Shown here: piece after piece, positions 51,449 through 64,000 of the stretch | Numbering within the stretch: position 1 is the first letter of the stretch | How the letters are laid out: each line of letters starts with the position of its first letter | From: Tubulanus polymorphus | Lineage: Eukaryota; Animalia; Nemertea | Assembly: GCF_964204645.1 (NCBI RefSeq) | Contig: NC_134026.1 | Coordinates: 643,950-707,949, forward strand | Length of the DNA: 64,000 nt | Reading direction: 5' to 3' | Program-made: the position numbers and the translations under genes | The notes under the pieces: model-generated | Database searches by the model: none | What the model was told of the DNA's origin: nothing | The model's input: only the letters and a program-made list of their open reading frames with translations

Positions 51449-51630
51449 CGCAGCGGATCTAGGAAAATAGGAAAGTTAGGGTGTTAATGAAAAGGAAGGC
51501 ATTCCTACTGGATTAGGATGAGTGTTAAATTTATAGGTTTTAACACGATCTCTATCTTGACAATAAGGGAAACCTTGATGGGAAAGCAAGGATCCAGACC
51601 CCTAAACCAACCCCTAGATCCGCTCCAGTA
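51449..51630. mobile_element. MITE-like element just downstream of the FEM1 stop
   Basis: Inverted ends AGCGGATCTAGG...CCTAGATCCGCT. Confidence 0.55.
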
Positions 51631-51684
51631 TCAAGCTTCCAAGAAGCTGCTCATAGGAGTCATCAGCTATGTCAAAGCTTTGCG

Positions 51685-53616
51685 TCAATGCATTTCGATG
51701 AATGGTTTCAGATTACGAGGTATATCTGCATCGGAAAACGTTAACTGATGTTTCCGAATTGCGGCAGCTGCCAAACATTTCAACGATAAATAATCGAACA
51801 CCGCGACCGGACAACCCTGTTTAATCAACTCAACGTAGGCTACTTTCAGTTTGTGATTACACGCGTCGACGTGCGCTCCGTGATCTAACAGATAGGTGGC
51901 GATACCGCTTAAATCAGAATTACCGACGCCGGCGACGGTGTCGTTTTGCATGCTTTCAGCGAGTACGTGGAGTGCGGTATTACCGTAAAGATCGGTAGCG
52001 TTCACGTTTATACCGCATTCTATCAGTATTTTAACGATCGGTAAATTCGGTAGATTCGAACATTGTTCGTGATCGACGGTCGATGATTCCTTGCATAGAG
52101 CCAGGTGAAGAAGTGTTTCTTTCTTCGGCCCGAGAGGTTTCAACGATATCAGCTTGTGAACGAGTTTACGAAATATGAACTTCTCGTCGTCTTTAAGATC
52201 TAACGCGCACAACAGATTCGTTACGTGTAAGAATAAGAGTAAAACCGTATGGAAAAATTCCATATATTGAACGAAATTTGAATCGGACGAATCGGGCATC
52301 AAACGAATCCCGTTTTCGATCTGATCGGCGGCGATCGTTAAAACTTTATAAACGTCCGCGAATTGAATCGAAGTGCGACTAGAAATCGGCAGAACCTGCT
52401 CTTCCAACCAGACCTCCCAGAACAAACGCGTGATCGCGAGTAAATGAATGAAAACGGTTTCCTGCGTGATCGGTTTATAATGCGTGTGACGTATCACTAG
52501 AACGTACGTCCAGATATCGATACATCGTTGATACCGATGAGTATCGGCGTAGACAGCGCCTCGATACATCAACCCGAATGTCGTGTCTTTATGAGTCGGG
52601 CCGAGGATACGTTCTCTGATTAACAGCGCTTGCATGTAAATAGCGTCGGGATTCTGAGCGACGACGTTCAAGTCGTTCTCGTCGATGAATTCGATCGTGT
52701 TCTCGTAAGCCGGATTCGCCGATTTATTCACGAGAAGCGATTTTTCGGTGACGCTCGACGCGAACTGTCGACGCAGCCGTAACGCCTCGCGCCAGAACGA
52801 CAAACCCTTCGGAATATCGTGTTTTTCATCGACGTAATTCGCGCCCATTAATTCGTAAGCTCGTACGATCATGTCTTTATCCGGGTTATTCTTGACGATC
52901 AGATACTCGACGATATCCTCGAATCCTCGCAGCGACGCCGTCTGCAACGCGTCGTCGCCGATTTCATTTTTCAGCGAAACGTCTGATTTGCGTTCGACGA
53001 GGAGTTGAACGGTTTCTAAGCGACCCTCGCGTATCGCGTAATGTAACGCGAGGTTTCCCGAGTTATCTTGAGCGTTCACTTTAGCTCCGTGTTCGATCAG
53101 AAACGTGCACAATTCTACGCTCTGTACCGAATTAATCAAACAAGTTCCACCATTGATGTTCGGTTTATGAATATCGGCGCGGTTTTCGACGAGTAATTTT
53201 ACGATGTCGATGTTCGACATGTAACAAGCGGAACGAACGGGTGTCGATTGGGTGTCAGACATCCCATTTACATCGGCTCCGTGTTGGATTAAAGATTTCA
53301 CCACGTCGACGTGATTAGCTACAGCCGCGCACCACAGAGGGGTAACCATGTGCTTCGAACGATCCTCGGCTACCTCGTAAACGCTGCGCTGCTCGATATC
53401 GACGTCGCATTCATCCAGGAAATAATTCACGAAATGCACGAAACCTTTTTTGCACGCGAGAAAAAAAGGCGTTTTGTCGTGGAATTTCAGCGATAATATT
53501 TTTGTTCGCGTCTTTTTATCCAATGGTTTTAATCGAGCTTTCGTTCGCCACAAGTTGTTCTGATCGACAAAATGCCAGATTTCTTTCATACAAGCGTAAA
53601 GTTCACTGGGCGTCAT
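51685..53616 (-). CDS. FEM1: Fem-1 homolog (ankyrin/TPR CRL2 substrate receptor), single coding exon
   Basis: TPLWCAA..STPVRSACY..GGTCLINSV ankyrin repeats; ALLIRERILGP.H.DT..YRGAVYAD; C-terminal SLKCLAA box. Start inferred at MTPSELY. Confidence 0.9.
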   Translation of the reverse strand: MTPSELYACMKEIWHFVDQNNLWRTKARLKPLDKKTRTKILSLKFHDKTPFFLACKKGFVHFVNYFLDECDVDIEQRSVYEVAEDRSKHMVTPLWCAAVANHVDVVKSLIQHGADVNGMSDTQSTPVRSACYMSNIDIVKLLVENRADIHKPNINGGTCLINSVQSVELCTFLIEHGAKVNAQDNSGNLALHYAIREGRLETVQLLVERKSDVSLKNEIGDDALQTASLRGFEDIVEYLIVKNNPDKDMIVRAYELMGANYVDEKHDIPKGLSFWREALRLRRQFASSVTEKSLLVNKSANPAYENTIEFIDENDLNVVAQNPDAIYMQALLIRERILGPTHKDTTFGLMYRGAVYADTHRYQRCIDIWTYVLVIRHTHYKPITQETVFIHLLAITRLFWEVWLEEQVLPISSRTSIQFADVYKVLTIAADQIENGIRLMPDSSDSNFVQYMEFFHTVLLLFLHVTNLLCALDLKDDEKFIFRKLVHKLISLKPLGPKKETLLHLALCKESSTVDHEQCSNLPNLPIVKILIECGINVNATDLYGNTALHVLAESMQNDTVAGVGNSDLSGIATYLLDHGAHVDACNHKLKVAYVELIKQGCPVAVFDYLSLKCLAAAAIRKHQLTFSDADIPRNLKPFIEMH

Positions 53617-54039
53617 TGTATTATCAGTCGTACAACCTGAAATAGAAAACAGTCGCCCGGTTATAACAGATTCAGTATCTGGTAGTAACTTGCTATTGCA
53701 TTCACTATCAGTGAGTAACAACAGGGATCAAATATGTCAAATGAATCCAATGAATTCAAGCCTTTAAAAACCTAGATCCGAAGGATGTAAAGCTACAGGT
53801 TATTTCATTGACTTTTTCATAATAAAAATTTGATTGACAGACATATTGAATTGAAGATGTGTCTGGAAAGTAATTTTTGTGATAAATTATCTGCATTATT
53901 TCAGTTACAGCTACAATCAATACTTAGATAGAATATTAAATCTTCAACGCACCTTTGATTATCTTAAGCATTTGAGCTTTCGTTTTGTGGAACGCTTCTA
54001 TTATCAATGATTAGCAAATTTCGACAATTTCGGTGCAAT

Positions 54040-54150
54040 TTTTAGCTTAGAGATGACGTCACGGCTTCCCCGGGAATCCCCGAACACGGACTACTGGCTC
54101 GATTGGCTGGCCTGGTGACCGGGTCCATGAGGTGCTGCCCCTATGTAAAT
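54040..54150. promoter_or_regulatory. Probable bidirectional promoter FEM1/CEP44
   Basis: GC-richer island between head-to-head genes, with palindromic CRE TGACGTCA (54054-54061) and inverted CCAAT (GATTGG, ~54101). Confidence 0.55.
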
Positions 54151-54567
54151 CATTAGCGGCGAATATGTGAACTAATGCAACTTCACAATATTCTTACTGT
54201 AGCATGCGAGTAATCGGGGATTTCAAATCGATTCTCAACATTCTCCTTAAAATCAGTTGCCGGGAAATTTGGAAATACTTCAAATAGGAAGGAATTGCGA
54301 TTTGGTAATAAAACTATCTGGATACAAGCAAGGTGAGGTCCTCCTGCAGGGTGTAACTACGGAAAAAAATTATCTCATATGTCACCTAGGGGCTTCCGTA
54401 TGTAACCCATCGTAACCGTCCAAATACTTTCCATTGAATTGACCTGTTCCTTTTTGTCTGTATTTGAAATTTCAGAGGATCAGCAAACATTGTAATTTGT
54501 ATTGTATTGTGGTCTTGGATCCACAAATCAGTCAACGTCAAGAGTTCAGTGTCAAAAATAGAATAAA

Positions 54568-57500
54568 ATGTCTACAGGAGATATCAAAAATAATCTGAGA
54601 AAATTGCAGAGAATGATAGATAGAATAAAGTATGAAGAAGCAGATTACACGGCGTAAGTTGTTTTTTCAAGTCGTGCCCGAATAATACCAAAACTTAAAA
54701 GTCCATAAATCCTAAATGCTGATTTTTAAACCCCTGCTCCACGCATGATTTTATCAAAGTGCCAAATTTTTCTCTGCTGTTAATTTATAGATGGATGTTT
54801 AAACTTCTGCTTGTATTTATTTTAGTCTCGCTCGAGGAGATGCTATTGCTTTCCTAGGCATTTATCACTACTTGTTAATGGACTTCAGCTGTCCAGTGTC
54901 GACTCATATCTCACAGTCATCATTATCTAACGTAGAGATATTCGGCAAATCCGATCTCAAATTCATGGAGGCAGTTTATCGGGTAAATATCTAATATTCT
55001 TTCCTGTTTATGCAAATAATCTTAACAGTTAACAATGAACTCATACTTGGTCAACTTATACCCTTTCTAAGTCTTAACCGCTTCAGTGCTAACTAATTAA
55101 TACCCTATAGTGCTGGAGATAATTTGAAAATTTTGAAAAATTCCACCTGAGTGTGTTGAATAAAGGGAATACCATTATAGTGCGCCTACAACACGGCACT
55201 GAAAGGGTTAATGGACCTAACTATGTTCAACTGTTTAAATTTCTTGACATTTCATGTATCTGGTATTAACAAAAACATAAAAAATACTAGATGTAAAACT
55301 ATATTATCAGAAAAAAAAGGATTTTTTTACAGAAGTTAAAAATATAAGTTGAATCTATTTACAGATAATGCGAGACCTGTTTTCATATAAACCACCTTTG
55401 ACTAAAGAACAGTTTTTTAGCTCGGGCTTCGGCGAACGTAAAGTTATAATGTGTACGGAGATTATAGAAAGGGTTGCCAAGTTACACCAGAAGTTGGCGC
55501 CGAAACCGGTTAGAATAACAAAGTCAGCGGTATGTTTAAAACTCTGGGTTCATTACTAATCCTTGGTTCTTCGAAAACCTAAGGAATTGTTTTCAAGGAC
55601 GGTTTTTCGCTGTAATTTTTAGTCAATTTGTTTAGCTACTCAATATTACCGATATGTAAACATCTTTGAATCTTTCCTTGAAAAATTCTCAAATTATATA
55701 CAATGACTTTTCTAGATTTCTAGAGTGTTTAAGTGTCATTGTTCTTTAGAGTACCTGTCAAGACTCAGTGAATTCACCGAAAAAACCTACAGTCCAAGAA
55801 GGTATTTATATGAGCAAAACAATTCTTACTTTTCGATGCGGTGATTGAAATCATTGTCCCTTTTCCTTTCTTTCGTACTTTTAAGTCGTCCCGAAAAAAC
55901 GCTACAACTCTGGCAAAACTTCTTCGAGAATGGACGTATCCAACTGCAGTTCAGCCTCTTCTAAACTGTCAACTCAAAAGAAATCATCCAGTGAAATGTG
56001 TCTACCTCAAACGACACGAGCTGTTGTTAAAGAGATACCGGTATCAGATGTATCTGAGAGTATCCCGAAACCGGCTCCCGTTTCATATGACGATTCGTTC
56101 AAACATCCAAAAGTCACAACGGCTCCTGTCGTACAGAAAACAGCCATCGTACAGAAATCAAAACCAAATCCCGTTAAAACATACGTCGCTGCAAAAGGCA
56201 CCGCAGGTAAATAAACATGGGTCATTTCATTGTCATGAAACTACAGTTAAATTCTCACGCTTGGGTTTTTGACAAAATTGGAAAAAAATTAAAACCATTT
56301 TTACGAATTCTTAATGTATTTATTGTAATTTATACATGAATCTAGATGCTTGATTCAAATATTTTTTCTTATTTCTATTTATTACAGGAATCAAATTGAA
56401 TATAAATCGTGGTTTTGATGATCATTCAAACAATTTTAGAATGGTACGTGAGTGTTCAATCGTCATTTCAACGTGGACATTTATATCTGAATTAAAGTTA
56501 TTGATATCAACTGCTATAAAAACCATTGATGGCGGCACACTAACCGTGTTGTAACAAAAACATAAGAGAAAGAAATATAGTTTCCTTGAGAAGATGATTA
56601 CGATTAGGTTATAGTAGAAACATTGAATAAGCTATCAGCTCAAGGAAACATTTCAGACTATTCCTTGGTGATGTGTTGATCTTTCTCTTTAGTTTTCAGT
56701 TCTGAATATTGAGTAGATGATTGAATCTGATTTAAACATAGCTTTCATTTCACTCAAATACACACATCACGGCGTCCACGCCCTCCCTCTACAAAAACCC
56801 AATATTTCTATATAAAATTAGTGTGAGATTTAATATAAATGTGATTCCTATTGTTTACTTCTATTTCAGACTGATTTAGCAAATCAAATGGAGAATGTTT
56901 TAGCAAGGATGACATTACTGGAGAATAAAGTAGCTATTATAGAACAGCAGCTGGTTCGTATTCTAATTCAACCACTCTTTATCCTATGTCTACGCGATAA
57001 ACCGTGATAACTAACTGTTTGTTTTACACGTAGCAGGCTACAACCACTGCACAACCTGTACAGAGTATGATAACACCCGAGAAACCAGTAACACCACCTA
57101 AAGCAATCATCAAACAGGCAGCTCCTTGTAAGTTTAGACATTAGTGGTTTGTTCATAAGAAAATGCGCGTTAAACTTTGCTGTTTCTAACTTCCTTCCTC
57201 ATGTGATTTTAAGTATCATGTTCAAACAAGAGACATACTGATTTTGACCCCCAACTGCTTGTACCATTAATGCACCCTACTTTCTTAAGAACAGCCCATT
57301 TAGTCAACTATAGTCAAACTTGGTTTGTCATGTATTTCATATTTTCTCTATAAGATGCACCAGAAACGGTTCCGATCACACCTGACAATCTACTGTCACC
57401 GATCAATGTTTTACCCGCTTGTACCAAACGTAATTCACCTGAAGTTACGATGATAAATAAAGACGTGGATGTCGATGACCATACGTCGAAGAGTTCTAGC

Positions 57501-58028
57501 ACTCCGGAACATTCTCTGTCCGATATCGCCATCGCTAATTTAGACGGCCAACAGAAAATGCAAGCATGGAATATATTGACTCTGTAAGTATTGACTGTCA
57601 ACTTACTGTTGAGACTTATACCTTGCTGGTCAATAACTGAACAAAATTGTAATTTTAAATGACAATGAACTTAATTTTAGTAATCAAGGATTTAGGTGGA
57701 ATAAAGAACTCTCTAACTTAGACTATAATTTCTGCTTTTTAGCTCAGATTTTGCTTAACTGCGACTAATCTTTCCGAGGTCTTGAGTTGGGCGACATTTA
57801 CTGTTCCGGTAAAATGACAAGCGTTGTTAAACTGTCTGTTGTAGCATGAAGAACACTAAAGAGATGCTTTACGGAGGAAAGAAGGAAGATAGAAATAATA
57901 ACGACTGCAATGATAAATGCGAGAATATAATTTCGCAAGATGAACCGTGCGCCGCGGTAGAAGAACCCGTCGATGAACCCGAAATAGACATTAACGGAGA
58001 TCTTAAAATCATCAATGCTCCATTTTGA
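54568..58028 (+). CDS. CEP44: Centrosomal protein 44 (multi-exon; 3' exons approximate)
   Basis: MSTGDIKNNLRKL..LARGDAIAFL.IYHYLL..FGKSDLKFMEAVYRIMRDLFSYKPPLTKEQFFSSGFGERKVIMC matches the CEP44 N-terminal domain; later coiled-coil exon LARMTLLENKV. Confidence 0.85.
55078..55207. mobile_element. piggyBac-like MITE (TTAA TSD) in CEP44 intron
   Basis: TTAA|CCGCTTCAGTGC...GCACTGAAAGGG|TTAA. Confidence 0.7.
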
Positions 58029-58793
58029 AATTTAGATCCGCTCTGATAGAGATTGTAATGTATATAAATTGTATAATTACTGTAGAAATAACTATTTGTT
58101 ATTAGCAGTCCGATTTATGTTCATTTTGTATTCTGCTGGTTCGGAGTAAAGCCATTAATTTAATTTTAATTCGACAATTCAACTTTTCTCGTTATTCCAC
58201 TTAGAAATGAGTAAAATATTCAATCTATTCATTGAAAAACCCTGTATGTGATAAATACCGTTTTTGCTTTCAAATATATTAATCAATAAATTAAGACAGT
58301 GAAATCGTTCATAATTCATATTTGAGGAGTAATCAATCAGATTATTGGATCACATCAAAGTTTTCATCAGGCAAATACGGTTTCATCTCTCGGATTGGAA
58401 TCAACAACTGAGGCTATCCTTACTTTTATAGTTCATTGAAATCAAGAGGAATAAGTGTTTTGAATAAGCAGCCTTTTTTATTTTCATCAGAAACTGACAT
58501 TACCAATTGAATTCGTAATCAAGCATTTTTTACTAACATCCATTTTACTACGATAGAAGTTTGAGTTGTCATACATATACACAAACATTGATATTTAGGA
58601 GGCAGTTAAATACAGGTAAAGCACACAAGCGCACAACTTGATAATAATCTAACGCATTACTTGAAACATGTATAATTTCAACAATCTTTAACATGAGGAA
58701 AGTTATAAGCACTACATATACCGGGTTTATTCCACGGAATCAGTTTTTTAAAAGCACCATGATAGTGGAATTTACACAGTATCAGACTGCTGA

Positions 58794-61700
58794 CTATATA
58801 TCAACTATTGTCACTGATTTTGGCAGTTCTCTGGTATCAATTTGAGGAGTTCTCTTCTCATCCTAAAAGATAATGTATTCACCATAGATGAACATTAATC
58901 AAGTGATACAAATGACCTCATCTATTAATGAAACAAAGATGTCCTGAAAATACCTGAGCAGCTTTTAGTTTCAACATCTCACTTTGGAGTCTTTCAAGAA
59001 TCGCGTAATTCGGTCTGTTTGAACTTGCTTTGTGCTGTAGCGCGGTGACGCCTCTTGTTTCTTCCTGTTTCCAAACGAAATTACGAAAATTGAGTGGAAA
59101 ATCATTGATAAAATCATGAAATGAATTATCGCAGGTATTTTTGAAGTAGTTATTACCATTATAAGAGTGTGATTACGCTGTATATCGCGTCCATACAGTC
59201 TCAATAACGATCCCATTTTACTGATGTGCGGATGCAGTTTCTTAAAATCAACAAGCATCAGTAAATCATAATAGCAGCGGCCGATGAGAAAACGAGAATT
59301 CTATTTGATTTGAATAGTACCTGTAAAATAGCCTGAGCTCCCAACTGTTTTCCCTCTCTCTTATTCTTACATAAAACCTGAATGAATATTAATCACAATT
59401 AGTTAAAAGTCTGAACATTCATCACTAATTGAAGTGTCGATTTCAATCTAATACTCACTGTAGCCGTGTGTTTACCAACAGTCATCGTAAATTCACTCAA
59501 CTTATGTTTCATATTCTTCATTTCAACCTTTATTCCCTTCGTGCCGTCACCAAATCCATAATTTCTATCAAATTAACACATAATACACTTATAATTCACC
59601 CTCTATCGTCGAAAACTCTCGAGATTATTCTAAATTATTTTGACAGTTAATATCGAACCTTTGAAGACATTCGAGAAGTATCTGATACGGACTGGGCTGA
59701 CCTGCTTTATTACACAAATCAAAAATACGTGGATCTTCTATTTTAATCTGATCGAAGAACTGCAGAAAATATAATAAACAGAATTGAGTTTTAGATCACA
59801 CTCAATTAACAGGTTGTTCTTTAGTATGTACAGAATATTATCCTGATTTAAAGCATTAAGTTCATACTGAGAATTGCATTATTGAAACTGAAGAAACTTA
59901 CGGATAAATCTCCTGGTTTTTCCTCCTCAGTTTTATCACTGGTTGCGTTGACTAATTGAGGCATCAGTATAGCTAATGTGTTCTTAGCTGAAATATCAGA
60001 AACACATCAACTAATTCATACACAATTTTACGGCATTTTAGGAGGATTTATGGAGAATCCAACACTAATATAATGAGAAAGATGAAGTATGAAATATTTC
60101 TAAGCTAATAATTATTGATTCAACGTTTCGACTATAACCTAATAGTCGAATGAATGAGATGGATTATTTAGCGATCAATGTTTTAACGAACCTGCTTCAG
60201 CTTTAGCATTTTTCTTACTATTAGCCAAACCGAACCCATATTCGACACCATCCAAAACGACAGTAGCGCTGTAAGGGGTATGAATGTTCTCTGTAATTAA
60301 ACATACACGGTTATCATAGATGAGTCACTCGGGGAAAAGTAAATCTGCCCAAATTTTGTATCCTTACCGAGTTCTTTGAACGTATATTTCGGTTGAACTC
60401 TCATCGACTGTTGGGCGTACTCGTGTAATATACAGACATACGATTTACCGGACGGATTCAAAACAAACTCTGAAAATAAATCAAAATAATCATCACAGTA
60501 TTTCAAAACAAATATCCATATTTGGGGAGAACAATCGACCCCTGCATGCATCTATTCGACTAATTCCTAAACCCCTCCCTGCTGTATATTGCTATATATA
60601 TTTATATATATTACACCTGACGATGATCTCTAGGAAGAGATCGAAACGTCGTGTACTTCGTGTATTTTATATATTTTAGATTGTTCGAATAAATAAATTT
60701 CTTGTCTTAAATTCTTTTAATCTGTAGATAGTGGGTTTTTATCTTATTATCCATTCACCACGTTTGAGTGTGGTTATCGTTCTATATATTGAGCTATTGT
60801 AACTGGTAATTCTACCTTTGCGTTTTTTATTATCGCTGTGATCAACCAGCACTGGACACGTTATCAACTTTGTGTTTTGGGGCTAAAATGATAAAATAAT
60901 CGATGAATAAGAGAGAAAACTAAACACATTCTGAAAGATGAGAATTCTGAGATGTATTATTTACCAGTGAAGGAATGGCAGTGCCGGTAGATGCAGAGGT
61001 CTCCGTTGTGTCAGTTTGTGATTGATGTTTTTTCTTGTATTGATATTTTCTTCTGTCTTTCCAAGTTCTGAAAGTTACAACGAATGCAGTTCACGTACAA
61101 CATTCACGATTTCATAACATTCATAACATAAATATGAATGAATAAAATGCTTACTTGAAACGCTGCACGGTAACCGTCTTGAAATGGAATAATTTCTGAC
61201 AATACTGACGCACTTGAAGCGGTTCTATAAAGACACAAAATGACTGAATAAACAGATTTGTAACATCAATTTTCTCCAAACTCAAAGGATTAAAATACAA
61301 ACCTAAAAGCATTTCTTTTTGTCTTTGTTCGGCTGTCTCCACTTTGATACCAGACGCTATTTTTGGTCTCATATCGGGGGCCGCATTTTTCGGTGTTTCG
61401 TCAGTACTATTTTCATTTTCTGAATTAACGCTGAATTGTTGAACTCCATTCTCTGTTAAATATATAGGATTCTAGTACATATAATTAATATTGAACACAG
61501 AGATATTTGGAATCACAAACACGTTGTTGAACATTTACCAGCCTCTTGTTTTTCCTTATCTAATGCTTTTGTATACTGTAGACATGGAATAGCAGCAGTT
61601 GGTATGGCATGTTTCTGAAATACATATTATACATCATATTCAGACAACTATAAAAATTCAAATACAGACAACTATAAAGTTGACTACAGTCAAGTCGGAT

Positions 61701-63521
61701 CTTTTTGGATCGTGAAAATGTCCGACTTGAGAATGATATTATATATAATTCATATACAGGTTACAGTTGCACAGTCATGATGATAAGAGTCCAAAAGTGG
61801 TCTTAAGACTAAAGACTGGTCTAAACTAGTTTAGATTGGCTTTGAACTAAGATCGTCTTCGACTGGTCTTCAATCTAAGCCATGATTGCAACTAACCCCT
61901 GGGTCAACAAACATCCGACTTAAATTGTCCTAATTGGGTGAAGCCTGCTCCCTGTAAACATGAAATCTAACTTACTCTCGCACTTCCAGGTCCGAGGAAA
62001 TACGGTTTAGAAAGAGATACGACTCGACTTTGTTTGTGAAGATAAATTGGCATTCCACTCATATGAGTAACACTAATCCAACCTTCAGGTAATACTTCAA
62101 ATGGATCATGACCTTTTTCTGAAAAAATTCCATTCGACGATACAGATTTTAATCAATATTTTTGAGTTTGGACATTTAGAAAGAGAAAAGGTATTGGCAG
62201 AGAACGGTTTGATGATTGATATCCGGGTTCTTACTGATCAGAGATCAAGGAATCCAAAATATCCTGATATTTCCCCGACCCTTGACCAAAAGACATCATC
62301 AGTAGGGGCTGTTCCTGATTTTCAAGAACTCAGAATTCTATGAATTTTCTGATTACACCTGATCTGTAAGAACTCTGGATAGACGCATTAAAACTCACCC
62401 ATTAAAACAACTTTAGTTTTTTCAATAGGAAGAGTTGAACCGTCTTCGTTAGTTGTGCTATTATTCACATTGCCGATCGCTGATTCTAACATAGCGTCGA
62501 TTTCTTCGGGATCAACGCCTTCATCGCTATCATCATCATCTTCATCATAATCATCACCTGCATCATCATTCGTCTGATTCTCATCCTCTTCAATGAATGT
62601 CGATTCTAACTCATCCGTAGTTGTATCCTTTTCATCGATACTCATTTCCTGTGATTCAGACTTCACTTCATCATTACATTTCACTTCATCATTAGACTTC
62701 ACTTCATCATTAGACTTCACCTCATTGTTAGTTTTTTCCTCATCACTTGATTTTACCTCATTCACCTCATTGTTAGTTTTCTCATTCACTTCATCGCTAG
62801 ACTTCACCTCATCATTAAGCTTCACCTCATTGTTAGTTTTCTCCTCATTCACCTCATCGCTAGACTTAACCTCATTGTAAGACTTCACCTCATCGTGAGA
62901 GGTAGCGATTTGACTCAAATCTAAAGCGGTTATTTCCGAGATATTCGTTTCATTCAAACTCTCATCTTTTTGATTTTCATCGCGAGATCCGAGTACCATT
63001 GCGGTGATAAGATCGACATCGTCATTTCGATATATCGAGTTATTATCCGAGGACGAATTACGAGAAAGTTCTCGATTCTTATTTCGTGTAAGTTCCTCGT
63101 TGACGTTCTGAATGATGTTCTGTAACGCTAAACAACCCGATTCGGAATCGGCGCGGATTCGTTTCGGGGGCGGCGGCTCGCTCGATGAATCGTCGGGACG
63201 TTTTTTCATTTGTTGTCGTTGATTGACAGATTCCGGTGATACGGAGAGCGGAGGCGGGGTTTCTATATGACGTACTTTACCCGTATCGCCACACGCAAAG
63301 TCCAAACCTTCATTTGACTGATTGGACATTTGCATAGGCAATGGAGGTGCGCTGAAGTTTAGAGGAGATGTTGGCAGAGGTGGATTGAAATTCAGATGAT
63401 CCGGAGATCCGGGTAACGGCGGCGGAGACTGACATATCTCAGTTTCGGGTAGCGGAGGTGGGTGGTTATCGTTATCCGGTATAGGTGGCGTTAGTTCACA
63501 TTCGGTATCACAGAGATCCAT
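58794..63521 (-). CDS. DGCR8: Microprocessor subunit DGCR8/Pasha (multi-exon)
   Basis: [58 protein letters not shown] (WW/Rhed); dsRBD1 [27 protein letters not shown]; dsRBD2 [21 protein letters not shown]; [16 protein letters not shown]; C-term [14 protein letters not shown]. Confidence 0.93.
61758..61901. mobile_element. Palindromic MITE-like element in DGCR8 intron
   Basis: Ends CAGGTTACAGTTGCACAGTCATG / CATGATTGCAACTAACCCCTG; internal AAGACTGGTCT-like repeats. Confidence 0.5.
62223..62377. mobile_element. MITE with CAGGGTTCTTACAGATCAG-type TIRs (related end at 13702)
   Basis: CCGGGTTCTTACTGATCAG...CTGATCTGTAAGAACTCTG; the same terminus occurs at 13702, with a related body near 12025-12135. 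Confidence 0.6.
62660..62895 (-). repeat. Coding 18-nt-based tandem repeat ([17 protein letters not shown]) in the DGCR8 N-terminal region
   Basis: Repeated TAGACTTCACYTCATCAT units translating to EVK(S/L/C)(S/N)D. Confidence 0.85.
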
Positions 63522-63813
63522 GTTTTAAATACACAATAGTCAAATACGTATAGCCTATGTGATTGTTATGCAGTGCTAGATGTAATAGTGAAGAAAAAGA
63601 CTTTATGAAGTACACTTAGACTCCACTAGTACAATGTACATTGCATAGATTTTTTATGCACACTAAGTTCAGCACACTTTATCAGGCTTTAGCTTTCGTT
63701 TCAAATGTCTGAATCCTTTAGTTTCATCACATGGGAACTCGACAATACTGAACTTCATCAAAAACCAAAATTACTGAAATGAGATCAAGGGTGACCATTG
63801 GAAGTTAGTTTAA

Positions 63814-63946
63814 CCCTTTCAGTAGGTCAAATCATTGATGGTCAAACACACTTCGACACATTTAGTTATTAGTTTTTATCTCTATTGAAAGATGGCAACA
63901 CCTGTTAAACACGTGCGTCAACGCGCTGTTTTTTAGTCTGAAAGGG
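63814..63946. mobile_element. piggyBac-like MITE upstream of DGCR8 CDS
   Basis: TTAA|CCCTTTCAG...CTGAAAGGG; ends match the 55078 element, right TSD degenerate. Confidence 0.5.
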
Positions 63947-64000
63947 CCTAACACTGTTTTAGGATAAGATAGCAGTTTAGGCCGCTTTTGTTAAGCACAC

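Noticed and set aside
62593-62880. + strand ORF with TSSLDF repeats
   Set aside because: Antisense reading of the DGCR8 EVKSxD repeat.

Overview
AT-rich, intron-containing animal (invertebrate) genomic DNA; no prokaryotic features are seen. Conserved genes recognised by hand translation and splicing: ARL3 (+, 5' end outside the window), IDH3B (-) with an intronless rhodopsin-class GPCR nested antisense in its last intron, NUP153 (+, head-to-head with IDH3B, six RanBP2 zinc fingers), an XK-related scramblase (-), FEM1 (-) head-to-head with CEP44 (+), and DGCR8/Pasha (-). The main discovery lies between NUP153 and XKR (about 20.8-45.8 kb): a tandem array of 17 apparently intact, highly diverged multi-exon genes that the ORF track only fragments. 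Each encodes a small secreted protein: signal peptide, optional propeptide, an 8-Cys domain CC-x29-33-C-x7-14-C-x25-27-C-x6-8-CC-x9-11-C, and a short amphipathic C-terminal tail often ending in Gly. The domain looks like a stand-alone EMI-like module: a disulfide core carrying a long beta-hairpin stalk tipped by a variable disulfide-closed loop. One copy has lost the whole stalk and tip. Upstream regions of many copies carry GATA sites. Several MITE families and tRNA-derived SINE fragments occur, mostly in introns. All exon models are manual, from GT-AG sites and frame continuity; the function of the cluster is inference only.
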